DNA from: Auanema rhodensis
Lineage: Eukaryota > Animalia > Nematoda
Direction: 5' to 3'
Assembly: GCA_964057225.1 (NCBI GenBank)
Contig: OZ059898.1
Coordinates: 310,001-374,000, forward strand
DNA length: 64,000 bases
This document shows, in pieces, positions 58,601 to 64,000 of this stretch (position 1 is the stretch's first letter; each line of letters begins with the position of its first letter). The notes below the pieces were generated by a model. The model worked only from the letters and a program-made list of their open reading frames with translations, was not told where the DNA came from and did not search any database. Made by a program: the position numbers and the translations under genes.

Positions 58601-61600
58601 ATAAAAATTTGTTTTTGACTAATATGGACATGGGGAATCTAATTTTGGAAACCGCATCTCTTTATCTTTCACGTGAAGCGAGTTACATACCAAGTGCACA
58701 TCACGTGTACATTTAATTAGCATAAATTAAAGTTCACGTAAATTTCAAAGTCATATGGTTACCATGCACCAATATCAATAAAAATTTGTTTTTAGACTAA
58801 TATGGACATGGGGAATCTAATTTTGAAAACCGCATCTCTTTATCTTTCACGTGAAGCGAGTTACATACCAAGTGCACATCACGTGTACATTTAATTAGCA
58901 TAAATTAAAGTTCACGTAAATTTCAAAGTCATGGTTACCATGAAGCAATATCAATAAAAATTTGTTTTTAGACTAATATGGACATGGGGAATCTAATTTT
59001 GAAAACCTCATATCTTTATCTTTCACGTGAAGCGAGTTACATACCAAGTGCACATCACGTGTACATTTAATTAGCATAAATTAAAGTTCACGTAAATTTC
59101 AAAGTCATGGTTACCATGCACCAATATCAATAAAAATTTGTTTTTAGACTAATATGGACATGGGGAATCTAATTTAGAATACCGCATCTCTTTATCTTTC
59201 ACGTGAAGCGAGTTACATACCAAGTGCACATCACGTGTACATTTAATTAGCATAAATTAAAGTTCACGTAAATTTCAAAGTCATGGTTACCATGAACCAA
59301 TATCAATAAAAATTTGTTTTTAGACTAATATGGACATGGGGAATCTAATTTTGAAAACCGCATCTCTTTATCTTTCACGTGAAGCGAGTTACATACCAAG
59401 TGCACATCACGTGTACATTTAATTAGCATAAATTAAAGTTCACGTAAATTTCAAAGTCATGGTTACCATGAAGCAATATCAATAAAAATTTGTTTTTAGA
59501 CTAATATGGACATGGGGAATCTAATTTTGAAAACCGCATCTCTTTATCTTTCACGTGAAGCGAGTTACATACCAAGTGCACATCACGTGTACATTTAATT
59601 AGCATAAATTAAAGTTCACGTAAATTTCAAAGTTATGGTTACCATGCACCAATATCAATAAAAATTTGTTTTTAGACTAATATGGACATGGGGAATCTAA
59701 TTTTGAAAACCGCATCTCTTCATCTTTCACGTGAAGCGAGTTACATACCAAGTGCACATCACGTGTACATTTAATTAGCATAAATTAAAGTTCACGTAAA
59801 TTTCAAAGTCATGGTTACCATGAACCAATATCAATAAAAATTTGTTTTTAGACTAATATGGACATGGGGAATCTAATTTTGAAAACCGCATCTCTTTATC
59901 TTTCACGTGAAGCGAGTTACATACCAAGTGCACATCACGTGTACATTTAATTAGCATAAATTAAAGTTCACGTAAAATTCAAAGTCATGGTTACCATGCA
60001 CCAATATCAATAAAAATTTGTTTTTAGACTAATATGGACATGGGGAATCTAATTTTGAAAACCGCATCTCTTTATCTTTCACGTGAAGCGAGTTACATAC
60101 CAAGTGCACATCACGTGTACATTTAATTAGCATAAATTAAAGTTCACGTAAATTTCAAAGTCATGGTTACCATGAACCAATATCAATAAAAATTTGTTTT
60201 TAGACTAATATGGACATGGGGAATCTAATTTTGAAAACCGCATCTCTTTATCTTTCACGTGAAGCGAGTTACATACCAAGTGCACATCACGTGTACATTT
60301 AATTAGCATAAATTAAAGTTCACGTAAATTTCAAAGTCATGGTTACCATGCACCAATATCAATAAAAATTTGTTTTTAGACTAATATGGACATGGGGAAT
60401 CTAATTTTGAAAATCGCATCTCTTTATCTTTCACGTGAAGCGAGTTACATACCAAGTGCACATCACGTGTACATTTAATTAGCATAAATTAAAGTTCACG
60501 TAAATTTCAAAGTCATGGTTACCATGCACCAATATCAATAAAAATTTGTTTTTGACTAATATGGACATGGGGAATCTAATTTTGGAAACCGCATCTCTTT
60601 ATCTTTCACGTGAAGCGAGTTACATACCAAGTGCACATCACGTGTACATTTAATTAGCATAAATTAAAGTTCACGTAAATTTCAAAGTCATATGGTTACC
60701 ATGCACCAATATCAATAAAAATTTGTTTTTAGACTAATATGGACATGGGGAATCTAATTTTGAAAACCGCATCTCTTTATCTTTCACGTGAAGCGAGTTA
60801 CATACCAAGTGCACATCACGTGTACATTTAATTAGCATAAATTAAAGTTCACGTAAATTTCAAAGTCATGGTTACCATGAAGCAATATCAATAAAAATTT
60901 GTTTTTAGACTAATATGGACATGGGGAATCTAATTTTGAAAACCTCATCTCTTTATCTTTCACGTGAAGCGAGTTACATACCAAGTGCACATCACGTGTA
61001 CATTTAATTAGCATAAATTAAAGTTCACGTAAATTTCAAAGTCATGGTTACCATGCACCAATATCAATAAAAATTTGTTTTTAGACTAATATGGACATGG
61101 GGAATCTAATTTAGAATACCGCATCTCTTTATCTTTCACGTGAAGCGAGTTACATACCAAGTGCACATCACGTGTACATTTAATTAGCATAAATTAAAGT
61201 TCACGTAAATTTCAAAGTCATGGTTACCATGAACCAATATCAATAAAAATTTGTTTTTAGACTAATATGGACATGGGGAATCTAATTTTGAAAACCGCAT
61301 CTCTTTATCTTTCACGTGAAGCGAGTTACATACCAAGTGCACATCACGTGTACATTTAATTAGCATAAATTAAAGTTCACGTAAATTTCAAAGTCATGGT
61401 TACCATGAAGCAATATCAATAAAAATTTGTTTTTAGACTAATATGGACATGGGGAATCTAATTTTGAAAACCGCATCTCTTTATCTTTCACGTGAAGCGA
61501 GTTACATACCAAGTGCACATCACGTGTACATTTAATTAGCATAAATTAAAGTTCACGTAAATTTCAAAGTTATGGTTACCATGCACCAATATCAATAAAA

Positions 61601-64000
61601 ATTTGTTTTTAGACTAATATGGACATGGGGAATCTAATTTTGAAAACCGCATCTCTTTATCTTTCACGTGAAGCGAGTTACATACCAAGTGCACATCACG
61701 TGTACATTTAATTAGCATAAATTAAAGTTCACGTAAATTTCAAAGTCATGGTTACCATGAACCAATATCAATAAAAATTTGTTTTTAGACTAATATGGAC
61801 ATGGGGAATCTAATTTTGAAAACCGCATCTCTTTATCTTTCACGTGAAGCGAGTTACATACCAAGTGCACATCACGTGTACATTTAATTAGCATAAATTA
61901 AAGTTCACGTAAAATTCAAAGTCATGGTTACCATGCACCAATATCAATAAAAATTTGTTTTTAGACTAATATGGACATGGGGAATCTAATTTTGAAAACC
62001 GCATCTCTTTATCTTTCACGTGAAGCGAGTTACATACCAAGTGCACATCACGTGTACATTTAATTAGCATAAATTAAAGTTCACGTAAATTTCAAAGTCA
62101 TGGTTACCATGAACCAATATCAATAAAAATTTGTTTTTAGACTAATATGGACATGGGGAATCTAATTTTGAAAACCGCATCTCTTTATCTTTCACGTGAA
62201 GCGAGTTACATACCAAGTGCACATCACGTGTACATTTAATTAGCATAAATTAAAGTTCACGTAAATTTCAAAGTCATGGTTACCATGAACCAATATCAAT
62301 AAAAATTTGTTTTTAGACTAATATGGACATGGGGAATCTAATTTTGAAAACCGCATCTCTTTATCTTTCACGTGAAGCGAGTTACATACCAAGTGCACAT
62401 CACGTGTACATTTAATTAGCATAAATTAAAGTTCACGTAAATTTCAAAGTCATGGTTACCATGAACCAATATCAATAAAAATTTGTTTTTAGACTAATAT
62501 GGACATGGGGAATCTAATTTTGAAAACCGCATCTCTTTATCTTTCACATGAAGCGAGTTACATACCAAGTGCACATCACGTGTACATTTAATTAGCATAA
62601 ATTAAAGTTCACGTAAATTTCAAAGTCATGGTTACCAAGCACCAATATCAATAAAAATTTGTTTTTAGACTAATATGTACATGGGGAATCTAATTTTGAA
62701 AACCGCATCTCTTTATCTTTCACGTGAAGCGAGTTACATACCAAGTGCACATCACGAGTACATTTAATTAGCATAAATTAAAGTTCACGTAAATTTCAAA
62801 GTCATGGTTACCATGAAGCAATATCAATAAAAATTTGTTTTTAGACTAATATGGACATGGGGAATCTAATTTTAAAAACCGCATCTCTTTATCTTTCACG
62901 TGAAGCGAGTTACATACCAAGTGCACATCACGTGTACATTTAATTAGCATAAATTAAAGTTCACGTAAAATTCAAAGTCATGGTTACCATGCACCAATAT
63001 CAATAAAAATTTGTTTTTAGACTAATATGGACATGGGGAATCTAATTTTGAAAACCGCATCTCTTTATCTTTCACGTGAAGCGAGTTACATACCAAGTGC
63101 ACATCACGTGTACATTTAATTAGCATAAATTAAAGTTCACGTAAATTTCAAAGTCATGGTTACCATGAAGCAATATCAATAAAAATTTGTTTTTAGACTA
63201 ATATGGACATGGGGAATCTAATTTTGAAAACCGCATCTCTTTATCTTTCACGTGAAGCGAGTTACATACCAAGTGCACATCACGTGTACATTTAATTAGC
63301 ATAAATTAAAGTTCACGTAAATTTCAAAGTCATGGTTACCATGAACCAATATCAATAAAAATTTGTTTTTAGACTAATATGGACATGGGGAATCTAATTT
63401 TGAAAACCGCATCTCTTTATCTTTCACGTGAAGCGAGTTACATACCAAGTGCACATCACGTGTACATTTAATTAGCATAAATTAAAGTTCACGTAAATTT
63501 CAAAGTCATGGTTACCATGCACCAATATCAATAAAAATTTGTTTTTAGACTAATATGGACATGGGGAATCTAATTTTGAAAATCGCATCTCTTTATCTTT
63601 CACGTGAAGCGAGTTACATACCAAGTGCACATCACGTGTACATTTAATTAGCATAAATTAAAGTTCACGTAAATTTCAAAGTCATGGTTACCATGCACCA
63701 ATATCAATAAAAATTTGTTTTTGACTAATATGGACATGGGGAATCTAATTTTGGAAACCGCATCTCTTTATCTTTCACGTGAAGCGAGTTACATACCAAG
63801 TGCACATCACGTGTACATTTAATTAGCATAAATTAAAGTTCACGTAAATTTCAAAGTCATATGGTTACCATGCACCAATATCAATAAAAATTTGTTTTTA
63901 GACTAATATGGACATGGGGAATCTAATTTTGAAAACCGCATCTCTTTATCTTTCACGTGAAGCGAGTTACATACCAAGTGCACATCACGTGTACATTTAA
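52700..64000 (+). repeat. Higher-order repeat region built on a cassette of up to 5 marked monomers, with alternating 9- and 7-monomer spacing (16-mer, 2818 bp)
   Basis: Ordered cassette AAATCGC / TTTTTGACT(-A)+TTGGAAA / CATATGG(+AT) / AACCTC / TTTAGAATACC. CATATG occurs at 53116, 54701, 55934, 57519, 58752, 60689 and 63858, spacings 1585, 1233, 1585, 1233, 1937, 3169. Confidence 0.9.

Larger units (their letters stand above)
1..64000 (+). repeat. Tandem satellite DNA array, 176-bp monomer, ~361 head-to-tail copies, probably centromeric/heterochromatic
   Basis: ACGTGTACAT recurs at 1, 177, 353 and so on (period 176). Consensus ACGTGTACATTTAATTAGCATAAATTAAAGTTCACGTAAATTTCAAAGTCATGGTTACCATG(A/C)A(C/G)CAATATCAATAAAAATTTGTTTTTAGACTAATATGGACATGGGGAATCTAATTTTGAAAACCGCATCTCTTTATCTTTCACGTGAAGCGAGTTACATACCAAGTGCACATC, ~56/176 G+C. 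The array runs off both window edges, shows no inversions and is interrupted only by two inserts. A centromeric role is inferred from monomer size and homogeneity only. Confidence 0.99.

Noticed and set aside
1-64000. CRISPR array or repeat-spacer system
   Set aside because: There are no unique spacers, since the whole 176 bp repeats, and no cas genes.

Overview
The whole 64 kb window is one head-to-tail array of a 176-bp, AT-rich (~32% GC) eukaryotic satellite monomer, about 361 copies, all on the same strand and mostly within 0-3 differences of the consensus. This is typical of a young centromeric/pericentromeric or subtelomeric heterochromatic array; I cannot assign the species or family. 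I see no genes or RNA genes, and the two 60-aa ORFs are artefacts of single SNPs removing a stop codon. The only non-satellite DNA is a 215-bp insert with a 6-bp target-site duplication (AAATTA), present twice (44731-44945 and 46712-46926) because a 1981-bp block was tandemly duplicated. Read on the minus strand it looks like the 3' end of a 5'-truncated non-LTR retrotransposon. The monomer is rich in dyad symmetries and carries two CACGTG E-boxes. Diagnostic SNPs and indels show nested duplications and higher-order repeats (5-, 6-, 8-, 12-, 23- and 35-monomer periods, plus an alternating 9+7=16-mer HOR), and a templated-insertion repair scar that destroys the monomer's main palindrome. All coordinates and periods were read by eye.
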